From Alphaproteobacteria bacterium (lineage in GTDB: Bacteria > Pseudomonadota > Alphaproteobacteria > Bin95), in contig OZ219788.1 in NCBI GenBank assembly GCA_964291285.2, positions 384,001-448,000 on the forward strand: a DNA stretch of 64,000 nt, written 5' to 3'. The first letter of the stretch is position 1. Each line of letters opens with the position of its first letter. The position numbers and the translations under genes were made by a program. The notes beneath the pieces are model-generated. The model saw only the letters and a list, made by a program, of their open reading frames with translations. It was not told the DNA's origin and did no database searches. This document shows, piece after piece, positions 39,295-49,506 of the stretch.

Positions 39295-39392
39295 TTATCC
39301 TTCGTGGGCACTTACGACGCGCGCCCACATCCGAGCGCGCACCCTCACCGATCCCGGAGAAATGCGACAGGCGGTCTACGCCGAAGGCTTAC

Positions 39393-40675
39393 CTTCGAAC
39401 TTCCGTACCAGCGCGGAAGCGTGATGCTTGTCCAGCGGGCATCGGGGTCGTCAAGGCGGGTCTGGAGCTTGGGCAGGGGCGGCCCCTTTTGCCGGGGTCG
39501 ACCGCGTTTGTTCGGGTCGCGCGGCGGCGGGGGCGCGAAGAGGTTGGCATCGAGCCTCAGCCTGCTGATGAGGGTTGCGCGCTGTCCGATGCGCCAGGCG
39601 AGTTCGTGGGTTCCGAAACTGCTGTCGGCGACGAAGACGATCGCGCGTTGCGGGACCCAGCGAAGGATTTGAAGCATGCCCTGTCGCGCCCAGTCGGTGA
39701 GTTGCTTGTGACGCCGGCCTTGCCTGGCGGCGAAGCGTTCGGACGGGGCCAGGATGGTCAGGAAGGGCAGGGCCCTGATGCCCGGCGACCAGGGCAGCGG
39801 GACAAGCAGCATGAAGCTGAGCCAGCGCAGCCCGCTGGTCTTGACGAAATGGCCATGGCTGGAACGCACCGGGTCGCGATAGATGCCGCGCGCCTTGATA
39901 CGCGCGCCCCAGCGGCGCTCGATGGTGTCATCGAGCCCGATGATGATCGGTCCCTGCCCGGCAAGCCGCGCCACCAGCACGAGCACGAGCCGGCGTGAAA
40001 GGTCACGCGGGTCCCAGCGGGCGCGATTGAGAACCTGATGGTAGGACGAGAATGTCTCGCACATCGCCCGCCCGGTCACCCGCAGGCAGGCCGACACGGT
40101 TCTCTTGCCCGGCGCCAGCAACGCTCCCATGACCAGAACCGCCACCAGCCGCCAGGTCGGGGATGAGAAGGCGCCTCGAAAGGGCTCCAGCCAGTCGATC
40201 AGGAACGGCGGAACCGGATCGCCGATGGCGCTCGAAGGGTCGTCGAAATGTGTCATGACGACCTTCGAATCCAGAAGCATCCGGCATGCAAGGGCGCCCG
40301 CATGCGACCGGGTGAATCAGCATCGCTGCAGCGACAGAAGCCATCCAATCCGATATCACTGCTTCATGGCCGCATCCGACCCCTGTCTGGCGCGCATCGA
40401 AGCGTTCAACAAATCCAGGGGCGGGGGCGTGACGGTCACCAGGGTGCGCGGCGGCTACAATCTGTATCTCACGGCCACGCAGGCACCGATCGCAAGGCTC
40501 CAGCCGAAAGGCTCAGGTGACAAGATGAGGGTGCGCTACTGGTCCTGGCGCCAGTCCTGGCAGGACGTCGGAGACATGGGGGGCATCGTGCTCCCGCTCG
40601 AACAGGCCCTCGACGAAATCGCCAAAAACGAGATCTTCTGGACATGGACGTGAGGTAATTTTGTACAAAGTCGAG
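39393..40675. mobile_element. IS701-family copy 2, truncated (equals 6196-7478 of copy 1)
   Basis: Apparently identical sequence at offset 33197; transposase 3' part replaced by IS66; passenger ORF at 40366-40653. Confidence 0.92.
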
Positions 40676-41196
40676 ATAAGATCGACATGGTCGCCGGGCC
40701 GGGACGCGCCGCCGACGAAGGTCCGTTCCGCCAGACGGCCCCCTTCATAGACCGGCACGGCGCAGAAAAAGTTCACGTTGGGCACGATGTCTGTCCATCC
40801 CAGGCCGTGTTCGGCCAGCGCCGTCAGGAAGTTCTCGCGGCACCCCGGCACGCCTTCCACGCCGTAGAGCATGGCGTTGCTGGGACCGCTGCAGCAACCG
40901 GCGATGGTATCGTGATAGCCGCAGGTGTCGGCCACGACCGTGAAGAGCGGCCGCCCGCGGTCCGAGTAGAGCGCATGGCCCTCGGTCAGGCGCAGAGTGC
41001 CGCTTTTCTTGATCGTGTTCGGCGCGTAGTAGCGTTCGCGCGGGTCGGCCGCATCGTAACACAGGAAATCGACGCCCTGTGCACCCTCCAGGTCCACGAT
41101 GCGCAACACCTGGCCTCGCCCCACGCAGGCCGACCACGGAGCGCCGGGCGCCACGATCTCGTCGTGTACGATGCGCAACGCACCCTCATCGTTCAT
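40676..41196 (-). pseudogene. DUF1989 (urea carboxylase-associated) protein, C-terminus cut by IS701
   Basis: GQVLRIVDLEG.Q.VDF, DTCG.HDTIAGCC, CRENF, NVNFF, S.PGD.VDL then IS sequence. Confidence 0.85.
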
Positions 41197-41317
41197 CGTC
41201 TTGCCCTCCAGCCCGGCCCATCGGCTACCCTAACCCAACCCGGCCTCATCGGGATCCGGCGGCGCATTTTTACACAGGCGAGCAGGCCGGCCCGCAACCC
41301 AGATGGAGTCTCGATAG

Positions 41318-42418
41318 ATGGCGTCCGAAACACTGACCTTCCACAGCGTCGATGTGCGCGCTGTCGTTCTCAAGCTGAAGCGCCCCGTCATCGCCAGAAT
41401 CGCGACCATTACGGATTGGCCGCTCGTCCTGATCGATCTGAAGACCGAGGAAGGGATCGTCGGGCGCAGCTATCTGGAGCCCTACATCGTCAAGTCGATG
41501 AACTATCTCGTGCCGGCCCTGCGCGACATGGGGGCGATGCTCAAGGGTCAAAGGCTGGCGCCGGCCGAAATCTACGAAACCGCGCGGAAGTCGCTGCACT
41601 TTGTCGGCTACGAGGGCATGGCGATGATCGCCGTTTCCGGCATCGACATGGCAGCCTGGGACGCCCTGGCCAAAGCCGCCGGCATGCCGCTGTGCACACT
41701 GCTCGGCGCCTCTCCCGGTCCGGTACGCGCCTACAACAGCAACGGGCTGTGGCTGAAATCCGCGTCCGAAGTTGCCGCCGAGGCGATCGAGCTCCGCGAT
41801 GAAGGACAGTTCGAAGGCCTGAAATTGCGTCTCGGCCGGGACAACCCCAAGGACGACCTCGCCGCGATCGAGGCGGTTCGCCGGACGGTCGGCGAAGACA
41901 TGCACCTGATGATCGATTTCAACCAGGGTCTGGACATGGCGGAGGCATTGCGCCGGTGCCACATGCTCGACGATCTCGGCCTGACCTGGCTGGAAGAGCC
42001 GGTCGTCTACGACAATTTCGACGGATACGCCCAGCTCGCCCGGGAGCTCAGGACGCCCCTGCAGATCGGTGAGAACTTCTACGGACCGCACGATCTGCAC
42101 AGGGCATTGCAGGCCCGGGCCTGCGACTATGTGATGCCGGATTTCATGCGCATCGGCGGCGTCACCGGATGGATGCGCGCGGCAGCCATTGCCGGCGCGG
42201 CGGGTGTCCCGATGTCAACGCACCTCTATCCCGAGGTCGGCGCCCATGCGATGCGGGCGACCGAAACCGCGCATTGGCTGGAATGGCAGGACTGGGCCGA
42301 TCCGGTCCTGCAAAGTCCCTATGAGGTCAGGGACAGCCATGTGCACATTCCGGATGTCCCCGGGGTGGGCCTGGAGTGGAACGAAGATGTCGTCGCCGGA
42401 AACCTTTACGAAGCCTGA
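41318..42418 (+). CDS. Mandelate racemase / enolase superfamily enzyme
   Basis: GIDMAAWD, K.RLG, MIDFNQ, WLEEP, GEN, MPD..RIGGVTGW, PGVGLEW. Confidence 0.9.
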   Translation: MASETLTFHSVDVRAVVLKLKRPVIARIATITDWPLVLIDLKTEEGIVGRSYLEPYIVKSMNYLVPALRDMGAMLKGQRLAPAEIYETARKSLHFVGYEGMAMIAVSGIDMAAWDALAKAAGMPLCTLLGASPGPVRAYNSNGLWLKSASEVAAEAIELRDEGQFEGLKLRLGRDNPKDDLAAIEAVRRTVGEDMHLMIDFNQGLDMAEALRRCHMLDDLGLTWLEEPVVYDNFDGYAQLARELRTPLQIGENFYGPHDLHRALQARACDYVMPDFMRIGGVTGWMRAAAIAGAAGVPMSTHLYPEVGAHAMRATETAHWLEWQDWADPVLQSPYEVRDSHVHIPDVPGVGLEWNEDVVAGNLYEA

Positions 42419-42465
42419 CCGCCCGACAGCGCCGCGCGGACCATGACCCTGGCGGGAAATGCGGG

Positions 42466-43281
42466 TTAACCCTCCAGGGTTCTTTCGAACTGCTCCCAGA
42501 CCTGCTCGGGCGCCTCGACGTGGCAGTTGTGGCCGAGGCCGGGCAGCAGCGCGGCCTGCGGATCGAGCGCCTGCATCTCGGCCAGCGACACCATCGGGTC
42601 GGCTTCGCCCGCGGCGAGCCGGACCGGCGCCGCGGCGGCCCGGTAGAAATCGCCGACCGCAGGCCCGACGGCGGCGTAGATGCCCTGGTCGGCCGCCAGC
42701 CGGAAGCCGCCCTCCGCCTCGACGATGCCGGCCAGAGCCTCCGGCGCGCCGGGGTCCACCAGGCCGGCGAGGCCCGAGACCCTGAGATAGCGCTCGGCCG
42801 CTTCCGCGCGGCTGGCGAAGACCCGCGCCGGCCTGGTGGCCAGCCCCTTCATCTGCGCGACCTCGTCCGCCGTCCAGCCGATCTTGACGCCGAAGGCGAA
42901 GACGTGGCGCACGCTGACGCCGAACCACCCGGTCGCCAGCGCCATTGCCACGACGCCGCCCATCGAATGGCCGAGCAGGACCGGTTCGCCGTCCGGGTTG
43001 CCGATCGCGCCCGCCACGTCGGCGGCGAAGACACCGTAGCCGTAGGGCGGCGCGTGGGCCGAGCGCCCGTGGCCGCGCAGATCGGCGGCGATCCAGCGCC
43101 CCGGCCAGCGCCGCTCCACGACCGGCAGCATCCGGTTCCACACCGCCGCATTGCCGCCGATGCCGTGCAGCATGACCAGCACCGGCTCCCCGCTGCCGCC
43201 GGCGTCGAAGCGGATATCGACGCCGCCGCCCGACAGCGGCGCCCTTTCGACCGACGATCTGGTGGAGCGGGTTCCGGCCAC
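42466..43281 (-). CDS. Alpha/beta hydrolase
   Basis: LHGIGG, DLRGHGRS, GHSMGG, GH..HVEAP. Confidence 0.88.
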   Translation of the reverse strand: MAGTRSTRSSVERAPLSGGGVDIRFDAGGSGEPVLVMLHGIGGNAAVWNRMLPVVERRWPGRWIAADLRGHGRSAHAPPYGYGVFAADVAGAIGNPDGEPVLLGHSMGGVVAMALATGWFGVSVRHVFAFGVKIGWTADEVAQMKGLATRPARVFASRAEAAERYLRVSGLAGLVDPGAPEALAGIVEAEGGFRLAADQGIYAAVGPAVGDFYRAAAAPVRLAAGEADPMVSLAEMQALDPQAALLPGLGHNCHVEAPEQVWEQFERTLEG

Positions 43282-43447
43282 GAATTACTCCCTCCCAGGA
43301 CCGACCGGCATCCGTGCCGGGGCCCGTTTTCCGGGTCCGCATCCGAGTCTACAGCATCCCGGCCGGGAACGCCCCGTTGTCGGGCGATGCGCCCCGCCCC
43401 GGAGGCGGCCCGCAGGATCGACGGGCCGTCGCGCCGCCGCCAGCGGG

Positions 43448-44770
43448 CTAGAACGTCCTGAACACCACGCTCGGCAGCCACAGCGCCAGTCCCGGGAACC
43501 AGTACACCAGCGCCAGCACCACCAGTTCCAGGACAATGAACGGGATCACGCCGCGGTACATATCCGCCAGCTTGATCTCCGGCGGGCTGATGCCGCGCAG
43601 GTAGAAGATGGCAGGCGCCATCGGCGGCGTCAGGTAGCTGGTCTGGATGACGATCAGGAACATGATGCAGAACCAGACGTCGTCGACGCCCATCTTGCGC
43701 AGCACCGCGACCGCTACCGGGATGATGATCAGCACGATGGAAATCAGATCGAGCACGAAACCGGCGATGAAGGCGATGAACAGCAGAATGAAGATGGTCG
43801 CCGTCGGGGAGAGGTCCGCCGCCGCCAGCAGCCCCTCTACGGCGCTGATCCCGCCGAGCGCGACGAACACGCCGGCGAACATGGTCCCGCCGAGCAGAAT
43901 CGTCAGGATCATGGCCGTCACCTGGAGCGTCTTCATGAACGCTGCATGCAGGGTGGCGACGTCGAACCGGCCGTACACGACGGTCAGGATGACGGTGCCG
44001 ATGGCGCCCATCGCCGCCGCCTCGGTAGGCGTCGCCCAGCCGAGCATGATCGTGCCGAGTACGGCGAAGATGAGCACCAGCGGCGGCATCATGGCCGTCG
44101 CGGTGATGTAGATACGCTGGGCCATGGGCGGATCGTCGTCGCTCGGCGGCAGGCGCGGTCCGTCCCCGGGCTTCAGCATGCACCGCACCAGGATGTAGAG
44201 CACGTAGGACAGCGCGAGCAGCAGGCCCGGGAACAGCATGCCGACGAACAGGTCGCCCACCGAGACGTCGGCCACCGGACCGAGGATGACCACCACCACC
44301 GACGGCGGGATGATGGTGCCGAGCGAACCGCCCGCGCAGATGGTGCCGGAGATGAGGCCCTTGTCGTACGCGTAGCGCAGCATGATCGGAATGGCGAGCA
44401 GACCGACCACCGACTCGGTCGCCCCCACAACGCCGCTCGCCGCAGCGAAAACCACGCACAGCAGCACGGTGCCGACCGCCAGACCGCCCGGCAGCCGGCG
44501 GGTCCACAGGTGAATGGCCTCGAACAGGCGCTCGGCGATGCCGGAGCGCTCCAACATCACGCCCATGAAGACGAACAGCGGCACGGCGGCCAGTACATAG
44601 TACGAGGCGACGTCGTCCACCTTCGCCACGAGCTGATAGACGAGCGCGTCGCCGAAGCGGTAGTAGCCGAAGATGAGGGCGATTCCCATCAGCGACCACG
44701 CCACCGGGAATCCCATGAAGATGGCCACCATCAGGGCCGGGAACATCATGAGGCCTATGCCGAGGGTCAT
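43448..44770 (-). CDS. dctM: TRAP transporter large permease
   Basis: GFPVA, AVPLFVFMG, GGSLGTIIPPS, ATPTEAA, LTPP. Confidence 0.92.
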   Translation of the reverse strand: MTLGIGLMMFPALMVAIFMGFPVAWSLMGIALIFGYYRFGDALVYQLVAKVDDVASYYVLAAVPLFVFMGVMLERSGIAERLFEAIHLWTRRLPGGLAVGTVLLCVVFAAASGVVGATESVVGLLAIPIMLRYAYDKGLISGTICAGGSLGTIIPPSVVVVILGPVADVSVGDLFVGMLFPGLLLALSYVLYILVRCMLKPGDGPRLPPSDDDPPMAQRIYITATAMMPPLVLIFAVLGTIMLGWATPTEAAAMGAIGTVILTVVYGRFDVATLHAAFMKTLQVTAMILTILLGGTMFAGVFVALGGISAVEGLLAAADLSPTATIFILLFIAFIAGFVLDLISIVLIIIPVAVAVLRKMGVDDVWFCIMFLIVIQTSYLTPPMAPAIFYLRGISPPEIKLADMYRGVIPFIVLELVVLALVYWFPGLALWLPSVVFRTF

Positions 44771-45303
44771 AGCTCGACTCCATGCGGTTCGAAGCCTTCC
44801 TCCTCGGCGAGGCCGAGCAGCACGCGCGCCGACCTGACGAGCTCGGCGAACGCCTGCAGGCACAGCACCGCGAAGGCGATGACCCAGACCGTCCTGAACG
44901 GCCAGATCACCGGATTCCAGGCGGATTCGCCGGAAACCTCGCCGCTTTCGAATGCCTCGTAGGCGTATTCGCCGAGTCCGAAGGTGACCCAGACCGCTCC
45001 CGGCAACATCAGGAACACGAAGCCGAGGACGTCCACTGCCGCCCGGCCCTTCGGACCGATATTGTCGTAGATGAAGTCGACGCGGATGTGGCCACGCTCC
45101 TTCATGCAGTACGCCATGCCGCACAGGTAGCAGGTGCCTGCAAGCATGTAGCCCACCTCGTAGGCCCAGAAGGTCGGCGCGTCGAACAGGTGACGCGCCA
45201 GAACCTCGTAGACCATGGACAGGATGAGCGGCGCCATGACCCAGGCGCCGACCACGCCAAGGGACTGGGAGAGGCGCTCTATTCCTCTGATGAGGGCAAC
45301 CAT
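44767..45303 (-). CDS. dctQ: TRAP transporter small permease
   Basis: YEV.ARH.F.APT.WA.E, GHIRVD; four TM segments. Confidence 0.9.
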   Translation of the reverse strand: MVALIRGIERLSQSLGVVGAWVMAPLILSMVYEVLARHLFDAPTFWAYEVGYMLAGTCYLCGMAYCMKERGHIRVDFIYDNIGPKGRAAVDVLGFVFLMLPGAVWVTFGLGEYAYEAFESGEVSGESAWNPVIWPFRTVWVIAFAVLCLQAFAELVRSARVLLGLAEEEGFEPHGVEL

Positions 45304-45408
45304 ACCGTGTCATTCCTCATCGCTGAGGCGAGCGCGGGACCCCGGCCGCGGCGGCCGGGGATACCGCGGGAGTCGGGCGGGCCGCGCGGCCCGCCCGCTC
45401 GGCCGCCA

Positions 45409-46440
45409 CTAGCGGTAGCGGTGCGCCTCGGACCACGTCGCGGCGTAGTCCTGCTGGCTCTTCCAGACGCGCGCGAACCACTCGTTTTCGCCGGCCTGCT
45501 TGGCGGCCCACTCGTCCGTAGCGGTCCTGGCCTTGGCGATGAAGTCCGCATCGAGGTCCACGACCTCGTTGCCCCCCTTCAGGAAGTTCTGGAAGGCCGG
45601 CGCGTCCTGGTGGCCGATTTCCATCCAGAAGTTGAACGTCATGCGCTCACCCGCACGGCGGAGCAGCATCTTGTTGCGGTCGGAGAGCTTTTCCCAGACG
45701 GCCTTGTTGATCTGGCACTCGTGGAACGCGGTCGGCTGATGGATGCCGGGCACGACGATGTATTTGGCGATCTTCTCGTAGCCGGCCGACTCGTTCATCC
45801 ACGGCGTGCCCCACTCGATGCCGTCCACCACCTTGCGCTCAAGCGCCGGGTAGACCTCGGCGCCGGGCAGGATGACCGTGGATGCGCCGAGCGTTTGCGC
45901 GATCTCGGCCCAGGCGCCGGAAGTGCGCACCTTCATGCCCTCATAGTCCGCCAGCGAGGACACGCGCTTGTGGCTGTGCATGAACACCTCGGGAGGCGCA
46001 GAACCGCAGGGAATGGAGGCGATGTCGAACTTGGCCATGCGCCATTCCATCAGCAGGTCGGCGCCGCCGCCGCGGAACATCCAGTGGATCATCTTCTCGT
46101 GTTCCATGGTGCCGGCGAAGCCACCGAACAGCACGCCGGTCCGGTCGACACCCCAGTCGTAGCCGGCCCAGTTATGGCTGATCTCGGCGACACCCTTGCG
46201 CACGGTGTCGGTCACTTTGAGCGCCTTCCCGAGCGTGCCGCCCGGGAATACCTCGACCTTGATCTCACCGTTGGTGAGGAACTCGATCTCCTGGGCGATG
46301 CCCTTGGCGGTGTATTCGAGCAGCGGCCCGCCGCCCCACGGCGTGGCCATGCTCCACTGCTCTGCGCTCGCCGGCACGCCGGACACGCCGAGCCCGGCGA
46401 ACAGCGTTACAGCCGCGGCGATTGTCGATTTGGTTCTCAT
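45409..46440 (-). CDS. dctP: TRAP substrate-binding protein
   Basis: Signal peptide, T.GEIKVEVFPGG.L, G.KVRT.G, EVYPALER.VVDG.EW. Confidence 0.92.
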   Translation of the reverse strand: MRTKSTIAAAVTLFAGLGVSGVPASAEQWSMATPWGGGPLLEYTAKGIAQEIEFLTNGEIKVEVFPGGTLGKALKVTDTVRKGVAEISHNWAGYDWGVDRTGVLFGGFAGTMEHEKMIHWMFRGGGADLLMEWRMAKFDIASIPCGSAPPEVFMHSHKRVSSLADYEGMKVRTSGAWAEIAQTLGASTVILPGAEVYPALERKVVDGIEWGTPWMNESAGYEKIAKYIVVPGIHQPTAFHECQINKAVWEKLSDRNKMLLRRAGERMTFNFWMEIGHQDAPAFQNFLKGGNEVVDLDADFIAKARTATDEWAAKQAGENEWFARVWKSQQDYAATWSEAHRYR

Positions 46441-46634
46441 TCCGGTTTCCCCACTTGGTGTCGGTACCGCGCGCGTGAGTCTCGCGCCAGATGCACGAAG
46501 GCGGCGAGTTTGAATTCCCCGCATCGCCGCGTCAGTAAGGCTCAAACCGCCGCGTGTCGTCAAGTCGCGGCGGAATCGTGGACACCCTCGGGGGCAAGGC
46601 GTCCGCGCACCCGCCTGAAGCGCTCCGGTCCGGC

Positions 46635-47861
46635 TTAAGGCGCCACGCCGACGATGGAGTCCGGCGAGCGGTAGCCTGCGGTGATGTGCCTCTCGATCCA
46701 GGACGAGTCATCGTCGCGGGGCAGGACGGGGGCGGGCGCGCCCTTGCAGCTCAGCCGGTAGAGCAGCCGCGCATCCTCCGCCCTGTCGATCCCGATCTTG
46801 ATCGGCGGCGAGTTGTGCAGGGACATGTAGTTGTTCCAGATGGTGACGTCACCCGGCGCGTGCAGGTGGTCGTAGCGGAACTGCGGCTGCAGGACGTGTT
46901 TCTCGAGGCCGTCCAGAAACGCGCGTGAGGCCTCCGGCGTCATGCCGTCGACCTCGATCGGGGGGCGGACTCCCGGCCGCGAGGCCCAGACCGGGCTGTG
47001 CAGCGACCTGACGCCGGACCGCGGGTCCGTGCGCACGAGTTCCGTCAGCCAGCCTTCGTCGCCCGCGTTCAGGCGGCGGCGGACCCGGAGCGCTTCGAGC
47101 CGTGCCCGGTCTTCCGGCGGCAGGGCGGCAAACGCGGCCGCGGTGTCCGCAAAGGCGGTCTCGCCGTTCAGCGGCAGGCGCTTGCGGAGCGCCATGAGCT
47201 CGTCGTCGGAACCGGGGTGGTAGGGGGCCGGGCCCGTGTCGGCCGGCGCCTCGACCCATTGCCCGTTGGAGGCCTCGCGCGCCACCGGCACGTGGTGGAC
47301 GAGGAACATCGACACATAGATGGGCAGCGGCTCATATTCGATGTCGGTGTGCCAGGAACCGCCGTCCTTCAGCGTGGGCGCGTTGCTCTCGCCATTGCCG
47401 AGCAGGTTCGTCGCAACCAGCACCGCCGGCGACTCATGCGGCAGGCATTCGACCTGTCCGGGCAGCGTGGCGTCGGCGGCGGCGGCCTTCCGGTCCGCAT
47501 AAGGCAGGTAGGTGATGGCGCCGTCGCTGGCGCCGTCCTGTTGCGCCGGCTTGCCGCCGCGCAGGAAGTTCGAGGGATGCGCGACCGGCGCGCCCCAGTG
47601 GTTGGCGAAGCGCTCGAACGCCGCGAGCGAAAACCGGTCGAGGTCCTGTCCGGCAAGCGTCATCAACCGGCAGTGGCTGAGCGTGTCCAGCAGGAGTTCC
47701 ACCTGCGCCGGGCACAGCGGGAGGCCGAGGTCGATGCCGGACACGCGCACGCCCATGCCGCTGGCGGCCAGCGGGCGTTCGACCGCGACCTGCCTGCCGA
47801 ACGCAGCCGCGAACCGGTCCTCCAGGTCGTCCGGCGCGGTATTCAACGAGAACTGCTGCAT
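46635..47861 (-). CDS. TauD/TfdA family Fe(II)/2OG dioxygenase, long variant
   Basis: WHTDIEY, GETAFADT..AF..L, GDV.IWNN...LH, R.LYR. Confidence 0.8.
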   Translation of the reverse strand: MQQFSLNTAPDDLEDRFAAAFGRQVAVERPLAASGMGVRVSGIDLGLPLCPAQVELLLDTLSHCRLMTLAGQDLDRFSLAAFERFANHWGAPVAHPSNFLRGGKPAQQDGASDGAITYLPYADRKAAAADATLPGQVECLPHESPAVLVATNLLGNGESNAPTLKDGGSWHTDIEYEPLPIYVSMFLVHHVPVAREASNGQWVEAPADTGPAPYHPGSDDELMALRKRLPLNGETAFADTAAAFAALPPEDRARLEALRVRRRLNAGDEGWLTELVRTDPRSGVRSLHSPVWASRPGVRPPIEVDGMTPEASRAFLDGLEKHVLQPQFRYDHLHAPGDVTIWNNYMSLHNSPPIKIGIDRAEDARLLYRLSCKGAPAPVLPRDDDSSWIERHITAGYRSPDSIVGVAP

Positions 47862-47957
47862 GTCGGTCCCTCTCCGGTTCGGAAGACGCCGGTCCAACGG
47901 CGCTGCGTTTGTCCTACTATGCGCCATATAAGCACATAAGGCCGGAGGCGCACCGTC

Positions 47958-48590
47958 ATGCTGAAAATCCACCACTCCCCGCAGACCCGCGGCTTTCGGG
48001 TCATCTGGGTATGCGAGGAGCTGTCCGTGCCCTACGAGATCGTGCCGGTGGACTTCGCCGCCGAGTACCGCTCCACGCCGGAATGGCGGGCGCTCAACCC
48101 GGTCGGCAAGGTGCCGGTCATGGCCGACGGCGATATGGTCATGTTCGAGTCCTGCGCCATGCTGCAATACGTCCTGGACCGCTACGGCAACGGCCGGCTG
48201 CAGCCGGCCAGGGACGATCCCGGCTACGCCCATTACCTGCAATGGAGCTGGTTCGCCGAGGCGACCTTCGCCCGGCCGCTGGGCGAGATCGTCAACCACC
48301 GGCGCGAGTTCGACCCGGAGCTCGACGCGGTGGTGGCGGAGATGAAGGGCCGGGCAACGGCCTGTGTCGCGGCGCTCGACGCGGCGGTGTCCGGACGGCC
48401 CTATCTGCTGGGCGAGGCGCTGAGCGCCGTGGATCTGAGCATCTGCTACACCATGCGCGGATACCGCCGCATGGTCAGCGAAACGCTGCCCGCAGCGGTG
48501 CAGGCCTATTTCGACAGGGTGACGGCGCTGCCCTCCTACGCGGCAGCGGAGAAGGCGGATGCGGAAACGGCCGAGCGGCTGAAGGGCTGA
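47958..48590 (+). CDS. Glutathione S-transferase
   Basis: LNP.GKVP...DGD..MFES.A...Y, YLLGE..SAVD. Confidence 0.92.
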   Translation: MLKIHHSPQTRGFRVIWVCEELSVPYEIVPVDFAAEYRSTPEWRALNPVGKVPVMADGDMVMFESCAMLQYVLDRYGNGRLQPARDDPGYAHYLQWSWFAEATFARPLGEIVNHRREFDPELDAVVAEMKGRATACVAALDAAVSGRPYLLGEALSAVDLSICYTMRGYRRMVSETLPAAVQAYFDRVTALPSYAAAEKADAETAERLKG

Positions 48591-48593
48591 CCG

Positions 48594-49343
48594 CTACGGC
48601 GCGGCGCCGTGCTTGCGGATGAACCGGCGCACACGCTCGACCGTGCGTTCCTTCAGCTCGGGCGGGGACGTCCACGGGAAGACCGTGATCTCGGCGTTCG
48701 GGGCCAGCGAGGCGACGTCCACCGAGGTCTGGTGCGGGTGGGCCGGCGTGTCGTCCGGCAGCACGAGGACCGGCGTCGGGCAGTTGCGGATCACGTCGCG
48801 CGACACGCTGTAGAGGAAGTCGGGGTTCGTCCGGTAGAGATTGTGCAGATAGCTGTCGATTGCGTCCTGCGTCAGGTCGGGGCGCTCCGCGAGCAGTCCG
48901 GGCGCCCACCCGTCCCGGCCGGACCGGTACATGACATCGGGGTCTTCCGGACGGTGTCCCACCGTCTGGCAGAATACCGCGGCGGCGACACGCCCGGGCG
49001 CCCGGTCGAGAAGCGTTCCGGCGAAGCAGCCGCCGATGCAGTAGCCCATGAAGACGAATTCGCCGATGCCCAGATGGTCCATCAACCCGAGCTGGTCGTC
49101 GGCGAAGCCGCCCCACGGATCGTCCACGGCGAGCGGCCCCGTGCTCTCGCCGCCATTGGCGTTGCGCTGGTCCATCGTGATGCAGCGGAAGTCGTCCTTG
49201 AAGACCTCCATCGCGTTGATGACGGCGCTCGGCCAGTTGCTCATACGGGAGTTGAGGCCGCCGCCCGGAGTGACCAGAAGCGGAAAACCGCTGCCGACCT
49301 CATCGTAGTGGATGCGGACGTCGCCCCTCTCGTAAAACGGCAT
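48594..49343 (-). CDS. Alpha/beta hydrolase with Cys at the nucleophile elbow
   Basis: IHY...GSGFPLL..PGGG, MDQRNA, GYCIGG. Confidence 0.82.
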   Translation of the reverse strand: MPFYERGDVRIHYDEVGSGFPLLVTPGGGLNSRMSNWPSAVINAMEVFKDDFRCITMDQRNANGGESTGPLAVDDPWGGFADDQLGLMDHLGIGEFVFMGYCIGGCFAGTLLDRAPGRVAAAVFCQTVGHRPEDPDVMYRSGRDGWAPGLLAERPDLTQDAIDSYLHNLYRTNPDFLYSVSRDVIRNCPTPVLVLPDDTPAHPHQTSVDVASLAPNAEITVFPWTSPPELKERTVERVRRFIRKHGAAP

Positions 49344-49506
49344 GGCTGTCTCCTCCCTGCAGTGGACTTGCCCCCGGCGTTGCCGGGGATTTGTCGCACG
49401 GCCCGGCCCGCCGGGAAAGCCGCACGGCCGGCGCGGGCGCGCTTGCGGCTCCGGGGCGCGCGCATATGCTCGGCCGGACACCGGACAGGCAGGAGCCCGC
49501 AACCCG

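Larger units (their letters stand above)
36763..39392 (-). mobile_element. IS66-family element
   Basis: IRs GTAAGCATCCGCCGAAGACCGC and GTAAGCCTTCGGCGTAGACCGC; tnpA-tnpB-tnpC; no 8-bp target duplication. Confidence 0.92.

Noticed and set aside
5663-40675. Composite transposon bounded by the two IS701 copies
   Set aside because: Copy 1 has its own CTGAG duplication, copy 2 is followed by ATAAG, and the interval includes core genes ftsK and lolA.
41197-41317. Guanidine riboswitch upstream of the DUF1989 gene
   Set aside because: No recognisable ykkC (CTAGGGTTCCG...) core or paired ACGR hairpins on the minus strand.
45330-45400. GC-rich hairpins between dctP and dctQ as a novel ncRNA
   Set aside because: Stem-loops after binding-protein genes are common mRNA-stabilising or attenuating elements.
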